A stretch of 21,035 bases of DNA from Natator depressus. Its lineage: Eukaryota. The stretch is from assembly GCF_965152275.1 (NCBI RefSeq), contig NW_027439781.1:64001-85035 (forward strand), given 5' to 3'. The position numbers were made by a program, and so were the translations under genes. Of the stretch, positions 1 to 9,860 are shown one piece after another (within the stretch, counting starts at the first letter, position 1; each line of letters begins with the position of its first letter). The notes beneath the pieces were generated by a model. The model saw only the letters and a program-made list of their open reading frames with translations. It did no database searches and was not told the DNA's origin.

Positions 1-275
1 AGGTAGGCGAGGGCGGCGGGTGTGTAGCCTGCCCCCTTGTGGCTGGACCTGTTTCTGCACGGCCTCATCATGGACCAAAGGCCTCTGCCCTCATCCTGGG
101 GCCTGCCGGGCGAGCAGCCGGGTCCCCACCTTCCGTCCCCGGCTCTGCCGGGACTGACCTGGGCCCGCGGTGCTCTCTCGATGTCTGGGGCCGGGGCAGA
201 GGGCTGCCGGGCTGGGCCAGGTTTGTCACACGCAGGCAGACGTTAAGGAGCTTGCACTTCTCGTGTTTTCTCACC

Positions 276-1288
276 TGATGCTGACGCAGCCGCCTCTGGG
301 GCGGGGCCGGGGCAGTTCATACGGGGACCCCTGGTCTGGTGCTGAGATGCAGCCGCCTCTGGGGCGGGGCCGGGGCAGTTCATACGGGGACCCCTGGTCC
401 GGTGCTGAGATGCAGCCGCCTCTGGGACGGGGACGGGGCAGTTCATACGGGGACCCCTGGTCCGGTGCTGACGCCGCCGCCTCTGGGGCCGGGCCGGGGC
501 AGTTCATACGGGGACCCCTGGTCCAGTGCTGACGCAGCCGCCTCTGGAGCGGGGCCGGGGCAGTTCATACGGGGACCCCTGGTCCGGTGCTGAGATGCAG
601 CCGCCTCTGGAGCGGGGCCGGGGCAGTTCATACGGGGACCCCTGGTCCGGTGCTGACGCAGCCGCCTCTGGGACGGGGACGGGGCAGTTCATACGGGGAC
701 CCCTGGCCCGGTGCTGACGCAGCCGCCTCTGGGGCGGGGCCGGGGCAGTTCATACGGGGACCCCTGGTCCGGTGCTGACGCAGCCGCCTCTGGGACGGGG
801 ACGGGGCAGTTCATACGGGGACCCCTGGTCTGGTGCTGAGATGCAGCCGCCTCTGGAGCGGGGCCGGGGCAGTTCACAAAGGGACCCCTCGTCCGGTTCT
901 GACGCAGCCACCTCTGGGGTGTGGCCGGGGCAGTTCATACGGGGACCCCTGGTCCGGTGCTGAGATGCAGCCGCCTCTGGAGCGGGGCCGGGGCAGTTCA
1001 TACGGGGACCCCTGGCCCGGTGCTGACGCAGCCGCCTCTGGGACGGGGACGGGGCAGTTCATACGGGGACCCCTGGCCCGGTGCTGATGCAGCCGCCTCT
1101 GGGGCGGGGCCGGGGCAGTTCATACGGGGACCCCTGGTCCGGTGCTGAGATGCAGCCGCCTCTGGGACGGGGACGGGGCAGTTCATACGGGGACCCCTGG
1201 CCCGGTGCTGACGCAGCCGCCTCTGGGACGGGGCAGTTCATACGGGGACCCCTGGCCCGGTGCTGAGATGCAGCCGCCTCTGGGGCAG
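276..1288. repeat. 61-bp minisatellite, about 16-17 head-to-tail copies of CAGCCGCCTCTGGGGCGGGGCCGGGGCAGTTCATACGGGGACCCCTGGTCCGGTGCTGA(GATG/CG). Each unit carries a consensus GC-box, GGGGCGGGGC.
   Basis: Period 61 seen directly (unit starts at 289, 350, 411 and so on). Copies are near-identical, with ACG/GAGATG alternation at the junction. It lies upstream of the MAZ 3' exons and is therefore intronic. Confidence 0.9.
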
Positions 1289-1373
1289 AGCACCGCAGCA
1301 GCAGAGTAGAACAGGCCCCAGGGTTGTGTGGCGGACGCTGACCTGGTGGTTTGTCCTTCTCGCCCCCCCGTAG

Positions 1374-1585
1374 GGTTCACCACAGCGGCCTACCTCCGGG
1401 TGCATGCAGTCAAGGACCACGGACTGTCGGCCCCGCGGGTGGAGCGCTTCCTGTGCAAGCTGTGCGGCGTGCACTGTAAGACCCCGGCACAGCTCAACGG
1501 GCACCTGCAGACGCACGCTGGGGCCGGGGCTGGAGCCGGAGAGGGGCCCGGGGCCGCGCCCGCTGAGGCCCAACCGCTGCGGTGA
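1374..1585 (+). CDS. MAZ: MAZ alternative 3' coding exon, isoform-2 type. It encodes (G)FTTAAYLRVHAVKDHGLSAPRVERFLCKLCGVHCKTPAQLNGHLQTHAGAGAGAGEGPGAAPAEAQPLR*, which includes a C2H2 finger, and ends at TGA 1583-1585.
   Basis: A polypyrimidine tract plus AG acceptor sits at 1351-1373 (ttgtccttctcgcccccccgtag). The exon enters in phase 1 (G|GG TTC). The C2H2 finger CKLCGVHCKTPAQLNGHLQTH and the FTTAAYLR(I/V)HAVKDHG stretch match my recollection of the extra exon specific to human MAZ isoform 2. The canonical MAZ last exon 680 bp downstream, and PRRT2 after that, fit human synteny. Confidence 0.7.
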
Positions 1586-1624
1586 ATCGCCAGGGACAGG
1601 CAAGCTGCTCGCCTACTGGGGGAG

Positions 1625-2085
1625 GGGAGCCTCTGGGCCCTGTGCCCCAAGGTCTATAGAGAACCCCAGTGTCCAGGGGCGGCTGCGTCTGGGGCCTGAG
1701 CCCAAGGTCTATAGGGGACCCCGGCGTCTGGAGGCAGCTGCATCTGGGCCCTGCGCCCCAAGGTCTACAGAGAACCCAGGAGTCCTAGGGGCAGCTGCAT
1801 CTGCGCCCCGAGGTCTGTAGGGAACCCCGGCATCCAGGGGCAGCTGCATCTGAGCCCTGGGCCCCAAGGTCTCTAGAGAACCCCAGTGTCCAGGGGCGGC
1901 TGCCTCTGGGCCCTGCACCCCAAGGTCTATTGAGAACCCCAGCGTCCAGGGGCATCTGCGCCCCAAGATCTATAGGGAACCCGGGAGTCCTGGGGGTGGC
2001 TGTGTCTGGGCCCCAAGGTCTGTAGGGAACCCTGGCGTCCGGAAACAGCTGGGTCTGGGCCCTGTGCCCCAAGATCAAAGGATCT
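1625..2085. repeat. Minisatellite of about 56-60 bp, around 8 copies, unit CCCCAAGGTCTATAGAGAACCCCAGTGTCCAGGGGCAGCTGCATCTGGGCCCTG(C/G).
   Basis: Direct periodicity seen. The core GGTCTATAGAGAACCC recurs 8 times. The array lies between the two MAZ 3' exons. Confidence 0.85.
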
Positions 2086-2267
2086 GGTGTTAGTCCCTCC
2101 CCCGCTCTTAGAGCATGAGTGTGTCTGTCTGATCCAGGGTCTGTCTGTGTGTGGAGGGGGCAGAACTAGCCAGGTGGGAGTCAGTAGGGTTCAGAGTTAA
2201 CAGGATGTGCTGGGGGTATTATGGGAGGCACCCACACACACCCTCTCATCTCTGTCTCCCCCCACAG

Positions 2268-2386
2268 GTACGGGCGAGCTGTGCCCCCTGGCAGCAGCAG
2301 CGGCCCCGCCCACGTCGGCCGTCACTGTCCTGCCCATGGAGGGGGCCCCTGTGGTGAGCCAACCGCTCCCCACGCAGCCCTGGTGA
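2268..2386 (+). CDS. MAZ: MAZ canonical last coding exon. It encodes (G)TGELCPLAAAAAPPTSAVTVLPMEGAPVVSQPLPTQPW* and ends at TGA 2384-2386.
   Basis: Acceptor tctgtctccccccacag at 2251-2267, phase 1 (G|GT ACG). Human MAZ isoform 1 ends ...KGTGEVCPM-polyA-VVAAPPTAVGSLSGAEGVPVSSQPLPSQPW*. GTGE.CP at the start and SQPLP.QPW* at the end are shared with human. Confidence 0.75.
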
Positions 2387-2739
2387 TTCGTGGGGGGCAG
2401 GAGCTGACCCTCCCCCCAAGGTCGTCCCCCCACAGCGCCGCTGGAGCCCCCCACGGCGCTGCCGGAACCAGAACCCGCGGCCAGGGAGGATTGAATGTTG
2501 GGTCCTCTCCTCACGCTTGGCAAAGGGAGGACGCGACACCGGACAGACGGGGGCCCCCCCACCATCCCCTCCCCCCAGAGAGATGGGGACCGCCCACCTC
2601 CCCTGTCCAGACAGGCCACACAGCCTGCCTTCCCCAACCGTCCTCTTCTCCCTGGACAGAGGGGCCCCCCTCACCTCTAAACCCCCCAGTAGCCCCCCCA
2701 ATCCCAAAATCAATCTTACTCGATCCTTGGCTGGGGAAT

Positions 2740-2875
2740 GGGCCGAGGTCTATAGGGGACCCCGGTGTCTGGAGGCAGCTGCATCTGGGCCCTGCGCCCC
2801 AAGGTCTATAGAGAACCCAGGAGTCCTGGGGCAGCTGCATCTGAGGTCTGTAGGGAACCCCTGGCCCAGCCCCAG
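2740..2875. repeat. Second block of the GGTCTATAGAGAACCC minisatellite family, about 2.5 units.
   Basis: Same unit as 1625-2085 (ggccgaggtctataggggaccccggtgtctggaggcagctgcatctgggccctgcgccccaaggtctatagagaaccc...). It lies in the presumed MAZ 3' UTR. Confidence 0.8.
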
Positions 2876-3276
2876 AGCTCCCACCCCCCCCACCAGCCGG
2901 ATTCATGAAGGTGCAGGGGAGCCCAGGGCTGGGCTAGCTGGGGGGTGTCACTGATATTGCTGGGGGCTGGTACCAGCCCTGGTCCAATCCCCCCTCCCAT
3001 AGGGGAGACCTCCGATTCCCTTCTGTCCTGGGGTCCCCCCAGTTTCCCCCTCAGCCTTGGCACCCTTCTGTCCAGGGGTCTCCTGACCCCCCAGACCTCC
3101 CTCTGTCCCGTCCCTCCACCGTTTTCTATGGGATTTTATGATTTATTTTGTTTTCTCGTGTTCGTGTTCTCGGTCCAGCCGCGTCTCGCGTTGACTCAGC
3201 CCCCGCCCCCCTGCATGGCCCCCCCGACGTCTGGGGGTTCCCCCCGCGCTCTTTTGTATTGTATAAAACCACGACG

Positions 3277-3282
3277 AATAAA
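3277..3282 (+). terminator. MAZ: AATAAA poly(A) signal, candidate end of the MAZ transcript, followed by the U/GU-rich stretch ttgagtctttcttct.
   Basis: This is the only canonical AATAAA between the MAZ stop (2386) and the PRRT2 promoter. It sits in an AT-richer island (gtattgtataaaaccacgacgaataaacc). Confidence 0.35.
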
Positions 3283-3334
3283 CCACGCGCCGCCTTGAGT
3301 CTTTCTTCTAACGCGACAGCACCGGGGAACCCCC

Positions 3335-3565
3335 CGTACCCCACTTCCCTCGCTGCCTCCCCGGGGACCCCACTCCCCTCCTGGTGCCCCATATCTCTCC
3401 TTGCCTCCCCGGAGACCACACTCCCCCCCCCCCGGTGCCCCACTTCCCTCCCTGCCTCCCAGGGGACCCCACTCCCCACTGGGACCCCACTTCCCTCCCT
3501 CCGTCCCTGGGGCCCCACTTCCCTGCCTCTCCGGGGACCCATTTCCCTCCTCACCCCCCATGTGT
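3335..3565. repeat. C-rich degenerate minisatellite of about 30-33 bp (CCCCACTTCCCTCCCTGCCTCCCCGGGGAC variants).
   Basis: Recurring CCCACTTCCCTCC...CCGGGGACC motifs, about 7 times. Confidence 0.6.
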
Positions 3566-4107
3566 CAACAGCGAAAGCTTTTAGTGACAATGGTGAAAAC
3601 CCAGCAACCCAATGTCCTTTGTTTATTATAGGGTCTCTCAAAGCCAAGAGCGGGGGGCTGGGTGGAAAGTGAAAGTGGGGGGGTGTCTGTGCCCCCCAAC
3701 ACAGCTCCTGCCACCCTCCCAGCCGGGATCCCCTCCCAGGCACCCCCCAGGCCCCACCCCCACTGCGGGGCTCCCCCGCAGCTCCATGCCCCCAGCTGCT
3801 GCCGGGACCCCCGCGCTGGGGGTGAATCGCTCCCTCCCCTGGGACCCCCCCCCCCGGCGCCGCTCGCCCCATTAAACTGCTAATGAGCCAGGGCCTGAGT
3901 CACCGAGCGGGGAGCGGGAGAACTGGGAGCTGCCCCCCCCCCCGCCTCCTGCAGAGGCGGGGAATCCCAGCGGAGCTGGGGGGGCGGGGGGGCGGGGTGT
4001 TTCTGGGCGGTTCCCGCGGCTCTGGGCCCCCCCGAGTCTCCCCACGAAAAGAGCTAAAATCTCTCGCGCCCAGACCCGCAGCCAACATTTATAACCCGCC
4101 GGGGCGC

Positions 4108-4740
4108 TGGGTGAGCCCTGCGGTGCCCCTCACTCCCGACCTGCAGCCCCCCGACCCAGCCCTGCGGTGCCCCTCACTCCCGACCTGCAGCCCCCCGACC
4201 CAGCCCTGCGGTGCCCCTCACTCCCGACCTGCAGCCCCCCGACCCAGCCCCGCGGTGCCCCTCACTCCCGACCTTCAGCCCCCACAGCCCCGCGGTGCCC
4301 CTCACTCCCGACCTGCAGCCCCCCGACCCAGCCCCGCGGTGCCCCTCACTCCCGACCTGCAGCCCCCCGACCCAGCCCCGCGGTGCCCCTCACTCCCGAC
4401 CTTCAGCCCCCACAGCCCCGCGGTGCCCCTCACTCCCGACCTGCAGCCCCCCGACCCAGCCCTGCGGTGCCCCTCACTCCCGACCTGCAGCCCCCCGACC
4501 CAGCCCCGCGGTGCCCCTCACTCCCGACCTGCAGCCCCCACAGCCCCGCGGTGCCCCTCACTCCCGACCTGCAGCCCCCCGACCCAGCCCTGCGGTGCCC
4601 CTCACTCCCGACCTGCAGCCCCCCGACCCAGCCCCGCGGTGCCCCTCACTCCCGACCTGCAGCCCCCCCCCCGACCCAGCCCTGCGGTGCCCCTCACTCC
4701 CCACCTGCAGCCCCCGCACCACCCGAAGCCACCCTCCCCT
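4108..4740. repeat. 44-bp minisatellite, about 14 copies, unit CCTGCGGTGCCCCTCACTCCCGACCTGCAGCCCCCCGACCCAGC. Some units are 38 bp with ..TTCAGCCCCCACAGC.
   Basis: Perfect or near-perfect 44-bp periodicity seen directly. It lies about 100-800 bp upstream of the putative PRRT2 promoter. A related family fills CDIPT intron 5. Confidence 0.9.
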
Positions 4741-4779
4741 CCCGGTGCCCCCTCTCCCAGGGGCTGCCCCCCTAGGCGG

Positions 4780-5031
4780 CGCTGGCGGGGGCGGGGGGGC
4801 TGAGCTGACTGCTCCAGTCCCGAGGCGGCTGTAGCTGCATGTGACGGGGTGGGGGCTGGGGGGGTCAGTCTCAGCCCCTGACAAAGCCGGGGGGGCGGGG
4901 GGGGCTGGCTGTTGCCTCCCTCCCTCCTCTAGCGCGTTTCCCTCGCTCGCTCCATCCCGCCTCCCGGGGGGGGGAGCCTGTCTGCAGCCGCCGCACCCGG
5001 GTCCCCCCCAGCATCTCGGGCAGCGCGACAG
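4780..5031 (+). promoter_or_regulatory. PRRT2: Putative PRRT2 CpG-island promoter with GC boxes, plus a non-coding exon 1 ending at the splice donor ACAG|GTAGGG (exon ends at 5031).
   Basis: GGGGGCGGGG boxes near 4786 and 4885. A strong GT donor at 5032-5033 lies 520 bp upstream of the coding-exon acceptor at 5550. Human PRRT2 exon 1 is non-coding. I cannot locate the transcription start. Confidence 0.35.
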
Positions 5032-5164
5032 GTAGGGACCGACCCCCCCGGGGCAGGAGCCGCCGGCACAGGGGGAGTGGGGGAAGGGGGGGCCCTGGCC
5101 TGCCTCTCTTCCCCTCCCCCACCCTGAGATAAGGGAAAACAACCCAAGCCAGCCCCCGGGAGGG

Positions 5165-5500
5165 GTTGGCGGATGGGAGGGGGCTCCGGGGGGGAATGGG
5201 GGGGACACGAGGGGGCTTGGGGGGGGCAGAAGGTAGTGGGGTGGGAGGAGGTTGGGGCAGAAGGGGGTGCGGATGGGAGAGAGTTGGGGGGGTGGGCGGA
5301 GGTTGGGGGGGAAGTGGGGGATGAGAGGGGTTCGGGGGGCAGTAGGGGTGGGGGATGGGAGGGAGTTCGGGGGGGAGTGGGGGATTGGAGGAGGTTGGGG
5401 GCAGTGGAGGTGAGAGGAGATTCGGGGTGGGGCAGTGGGGTATGGGAGGGAGTTTGGGGGGAAGTGAGGGGTGGGAGGAGGTTCGGGGGTGGGGCAGAGA
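5165..5500. repeat. G-rich degenerate minisatellite of about 30 bp (GGGATGGGAGGGAGTTCGGGGGGGAGTGGG variants), in PRRT2 intron 1. The G-rich strand is the PRRT2 coding strand.
   Basis: About 11 successive GGGAGG..GTT(C/G)GGGG units, seen directly. It ends about 50 bp before the exon 2 acceptor. Confidence 0.8.
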
Positions 5501-5559
5501 GTTGTGGGTCTGTGTCCCTGTGTCTCTACCCCTCCCGTCTCTTCGCCCAGGGCACCCCA

Positions 5560-6123
5560 ATGTCGGACGACACGGAAAAGGACGAGACACCCCCCCTGGG
5601 GCCAACTGAGCTGCAGTCACCCCCCTCGGCCCCAGACGTTCCCCCCTCGGCCCCAGATGCCCCCCCCTCGGCCCCAGACGTTTCCCCACCGGCACGAGTC
5701 ATTTCCTCGTCTGCCCCACCTGCCCCCCCCTCACCAGCAGTGACTGTGATGGTGGAGGATGAGGGGGAGCCCGAGGAGGGGCCCCAACAAAATGGACAGG
5801 CCGTGGGTGTGGGGGGTGCCCCCTACCCCCCCCAAACCTCCCCCCCCACTCTGGCCCCTGCTCGCTCCAAATCGGCCTCCCTGGGCGACTTGGGGGGCAA
5901 GGCCAGCGCTAACGGGGGGCCGCGGGTGCGGGGCAGCCTGGTGGGGTCCCAGGTGCATCTGGCGGGGGCAGGCTCGCCCCGTCCTAGCCTGAGCCACCAG
6001 CCCTCGGGGGCCGAGGGGGGCCCGGAGGCGGAGAAGCCGCGGGATTACATCCTGCTGGCTGCCCTGGCCTGCTTCTGCCCCATCTGGCCCATCAACATCG
6101 TCGCCTTCGTTTACTCCGTCATG
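5560..6123 (+). CDS. PRRT2: PRRT2 main coding exon (exon begins at 5551 after acceptor cttcgcccag, ATG at 5560). It runs [44 protein letters not shown]...[31 protein letters not shown]|, 188 aa, and ends at donor ATG|GTGAGA.
   Basis: The C-terminal part [30 protein letters not shown] aligns with human PRRT2 [30 protein letters not shown] (CD225/dispanin motif). The proline-rich N-terminus, splice-site geometry and phase-0 junction into the next exon all agree. Confidence 0.85.
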
Positions 6124-6129
6124 GTGAGA

Positions 6130-7010
6130 GCCCCCCCAAGCCTCCCACCGCCCCCCAGAGCCCTCCACCTCCCCTCCAGAGCCCCCCCAAGCCCCCCACC
6201 ACCACCCAGAGCCCCCACCGCACTCCCAGCCCACTCCAGAGTCCCCAACATGCCCCCCAGAAACCTGTGCACCCCAGAAACCCACTCTGTTTCCCAGAGC
6301 CCCCCAGAAAACAACTACCCCCCAGAGCCTCCCACTATGCCCCCAGACCACCCCAGAGCTCCCCATGCTCCCTGGAAACCCACCATGCCCCCCAGAAACC
6401 CACCACACCCCAGAGCTCCCCACCATGCCCCCCCATGCCTGCCAGGAACCCAATGTGCCCCCCAGAGCCCCCCTTTTGCACCCCCTCAGAAACACCACAT
6501 CCCAGAGCCCCCTGCTGCAGCCCTCATGCCCCACAGAAACCCACTGCACCCCCAGAGCCCCCCACCATGCCCCCATGTCCCGCGGAAACCCATTGCACCC
6601 CCCCCAGTCCCCCACCTCACCTGCATGCTCCCCAGAAACCCAGCACCCCCCAGAGCCCCCCAACATGCCCCCAGCATCCCCAACTGCACCCCAAAACTGT
6701 CCACGTCACATCAAAACCCCCACTGCACCTTAGTATTCCACATTGTGCCCCCAACCCACCATGTCCCCAAAGCCCCCAACAACCCCCCACTGCACCCCTA
6801 ATAGCCTCTGGGCCCCAGAAAATCCCAAAGAGTCCAATAACCCCACTGCAGTCCCCAGTCCTCCAAAATACTCCACCCACCCCTCCTGCTGTACCCCAAA
6901 CCCACCAGACCCCCCCCCCCGCATGCCCCATATCCCCCACTATTTCCCCAATAGCTCTCGGGGCCACAGATCTCCCCTGCCCTGCCCCTGCCATGCGGGA
7001 GGGGGTCTCG
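6130..7010. repeat. Degenerate C-rich minisatellite with units of about 36-42 bp (CCCCAGAGCCCCCCACCATGCCCCCCAGAAACCCAC...), filling PRRT2 intron 2.
   Basis: Recurring CCAGAGC(C/T)CCCCA..ATGCCCCC..AGAAACCCA modules, more than 20 times. This explains the Pro-rich ORFs 6267-7019 (+) and 5731-6666 (-). Confidence 0.6.
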
Positions 7011-7078
7011 GGGTGGTGATGTGGGGGGGTTATGGGGCCAGGCGCCCCCCCCATCTTACCCCACGTCTCTCCCCACAG

Positions 7079-7219
7079 TCCCGGAACAGCCTGCAGCAGG
7101 GGGATGTGGACGGGGCGCGGCGGCTGGGCCGTGTGGCCAAACTGCTGAGCATGGTGGCCCTGCTCGGGGGCGTCATCATCATCGTCCTCTCGGTCGCCAT
7201 CAACTTCGGCCGTGAGTGA
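7079..7219 (+). CDS. PRRT2: PRRT2 transmembrane / CD225 exon, [44 protein letters not shown](RE*). The stop at 7217-7219 applies if the exon is unspliced. Alternative GT donors lie after 7211 (C|GTGAGT) or 7215 (GA|GTGAGG).
   Basis: Acceptor ctctccccacag at 7067-7078, phase 0. The sequence is almost identical to human [44 protein letters not shown]. Human then continues VYK* in a separate terminal mini-exon. Confidence 0.85.
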   Translation, partial: SRNSLQQGDVDGARRLGRVAKLLSMVALLGGVIIIVLSVAINFGRE

Positions 7220-7224
7220 GGGGC

Positions 7225-8330
7225 GCAGCCCCCGGAACCTCCCGAATTGCCCCCAGGGACCCCAAATCTCCCCCAGAGCCCCCATATGTCCCCAGGACCC
7301 CAAATCACCCTTGGGACCCCGAAATGCCCCCAGGACCCCGATACATCTCCGGGACCCTGATATGTCCCCAGGACCCCCATAGGCCCACCCAGAATCTTGA
7401 CATGCTCCCAGGATGCTGAAACACTCCCGGGACCCCAAAACGCCCCCGGGACCCCCATACACTCCCAGGACCCCAATATAGCCCCAGGATCTCGATGTGC
7501 ACCTGGGAAGCCCATACACTCCTGGGACCCTGATGCACCCCCTGGGACTCCAATTCACCCCCCGTGACTCCCAGGACCCCAATATGCCCTGCATGACCCC
7601 CTGGGACTCCGGTGCGTCCTGCCCAACCCCCAAGACACAACATGCCCCACATGACCTCCCCGGTACCCCAATTTGCTGCACACATTCCCCCTGGGACCAC
7701 AGAAACACCCCCTGGGATCGCAAAACACCCCGCACAGCCACTTGGGACCCTGAAATACCCCCCAGAACCCCAATACACCCTGCACAATCCCCCTGGGACC
7801 CTGATATGCCCTGGGACCCCCAAATTTTGCTGGCATCCCAATACGCCTTGCAAAATCCCCTGAAACACCCTCTGGGACCCTGATTCACCCCACACAACCC
7901 CACAGGACCTTGAAATGCCCCTAGGATCCTGATATGCCCCTGGGACCCCAGTTCATCCCGCATGACCCCTGGACTCCCAAATGTCCCTCAAGACCCCAAA
8001 AAGGCCCACACAATCCCATGGGACCCCAAAACATCCCCAGGACCCCCCAGACCCTGATATGCCCCTGGAATCCTGATACACCCACCCCTATTACCCCAAA
8101 ATTCCCACCCCTCCTGACCCCCTGGGACCACAGTACACTCCCTGGGATCCCATGAAGCACCCAGGATACACCCCACACGATCCCACTGGGACCCTAAAAT
8201 GCCCCACATGACACCACAGACCCTGATAGGCCTCACATGACCCCCTGGACCCAATATATCCCACACAATGCTCTGGAAGCCCCAAATGCCCCTGTGACGG
8301 GATTCCCGGGGTGCAACCTGGGACTGTGGG
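7225..8330. repeat. Degenerate satellite of about 21 bp, about 50 units, consensus roughly CCC(T/A)GGGACCCCAAAATGCCC.
   Basis: Recurring ggaccccaa/ggaccctga..atgcccc motifs at 20-22 bp spacing throughout. The same family resumes at 9355. Confidence 0.8.
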
Positions 8331-9354
8331 ACAGCTGTGCCCCCCTGAACTCTCTCTCCAGCCTGGGCTGTCTCCCACAATGCCCTGCTAGTGACCAGCA
8401 GCGAACCCCTCCAGGTGCTGTGATCACTCACCTGTCCCCGTGGGGGGAATCACACGCCCGGCTGGGGCCACGCATGGGTCACACAGGGAAAGGCACCAGC
8501 CAGATCCTCCCAGCTCAGGAACACGCCGTCTCGTGCTGCTCCTGACCCGTTCTTGAGCAATGTACGTTTGTTAACTGGTTCCCCACGTCACCAGTGGAGA
8601 GTGGACACACACCAGCCTTTGTAACCCGGGCAGATTTTCCAAACCCTGCAGGCAAACTCCGCGGTAAGGATCCCCACGAGAATCGGCTTCTTGATTACAG
8701 ACGATGGGTTTGAAGTGATAGGCAAGTCAGAGTAGTTACCAAAGGACAATAACAGAGACCTGCGCAGGCTAAATTCCCCACCTAGACACTAGGCAATAGC
8801 GGGACGAAGTCGTTTTTCTCACCCTGCTGGATGCTGCAGGTTGGTTGGAGTCTCACACGCCGGCTCGCCCTGTTAGCCTGGGGACCAGTCTCCTCAGCTC
8901 CAGCCTCCTCCCTGCCTCCAGTGTGGGGTGGGGGAGGAGAAAGGAGAAACCATGTGGCCCCTGTCCCCTCTTTTCCACGGTCAGGCCCTGTGCTTGGAGA
9001 GCACGAGTCCAGGCATGTCTGGTCTGGGGGCATTGCTGAGACCCCAGACAAGGCTGAGCAATTCCCCTGCCGGAGAGTCACTGAACTGTAGCTCCCTTGC
9101 TGGACAACGGCTGTTGATGGTTGTTCGACACCCACCTGGGCATCAGTCTGTTCCCTTGCTGGTGTCTCTGGGCAGCTACTATCTGGCCGATTCCCCAACT
9201 CACAACCGTACCACACAGTCTCATAACTCCCCACGCACCGATGACAGACACGTTTCGCTAGAACCTTTCCCCTTGTACCTCACCGGGCCTGTTTTATACG
9301 CAGTACCCCAATCCTATCCAAACGAGGAATAGGGAGGTTACCGGGCACTCCCCT

Positions 9355-9860
9355 GAGGTATGGAGTGCCACACCCCCACCCTGGAACCCCAAAACCCCCC
9401 TGGGACCCAGCGCAACTCCCTGGGACCACAAAATACCCCCTTCGATCCCTATTTGCCACACACAATCCTCTTGGACCCCAAATCTTCCTCAGGGCCCCAG
9501 TACGCCTCAGACAACCCCATGATGCCCCACACAACCTCCCAGGACCACGCTCTGCCCACATGACCCCCCTGGAACCACCCAAACAAGATCTCCAAATGAC
9601 TCCCACAGACCCCAATACACCCCACGTGACTCCCAGGATCCTGAAACATCACCCCCCAAGGTCTTGATACACCAAGCTCTTGATGCACGATTCCCTGCCA
9701 AAAAAGCCCAGCACAACCCCCCCACCCCGGACTTTCATACACCCTGAATGGCCCTCCCCCGATACACCCCACATGACCCCTCCAGGACTTCAACCCTCCC
9801 CCGCCCCCGGACCCTGATATGCCCCAAACGACTTCCCTGGGACCCTGAGATGCCCTGCAT
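9355..9860. repeat. Second block of the 21-bp CCCTGGGACCCCAA satellite.
   Basis: Same motifs as 7225-8330. The two blocks flank the unique segment 8340-9350. Confidence 0.75.

Noticed and set aside
276-1288. CRISPR array: highly regular, near-identical direct repeats.
   Set aside because: Units abut head to tail with no unique spacers. The context is vertebrate, with spliced genes and poly(A) signals. This is a 61-bp minisatellite. The same reasoning applies to the arrays at 1625-2085, 4108-4740, 13745-14345, 18595-18905 and 19380-19875.
1404-1820. 138-aa + strand ORF overlapping the MAZ zinc-finger exon in another frame.
   Set aside because: It is an out-of-frame overlap plus read-through into the 60-bp minisatellite. 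The frame starting at 1374 gives a bona fide C2H2 finger and is the real one.
3883-4803. 306-aa Pro-rich ORF on the + strand (also 4167-4775 and 4211-4834).
   Set aside because: It is a translation of the 44-bp minisatellite. 44 is not a multiple of 3, so the peptide cycles every 3 units. The ORF stays open only because the C-rich unit lacks stop codons in any frame.
5173-6801. 542-aa ORF on the + strand taken as a single large protein.
   Set aside because: Only 5560-6123 is real coding sequence (PRRT2 exon 2). The N-terminal Gly/Trp/Glu-rich part is the G-rich intron-1 minisatellite upstream of the acceptor at 5550. The C-terminal Pro-rich part is the intron-2 minisatellite, read through the GTGAGA donor at 6124.
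6617-7963. 448-aa ORF on the - strand (also 5731-6666, 7305-7895 and 7030-7515 on the - strand).
   Set aside because: These are antisense translations of the C-rich intron-2 minisatellite and the 21-bp satellite, giving G/W-rich low-complexity peptides. They run antisense across the PRRT2 exon and have no splice or start context.
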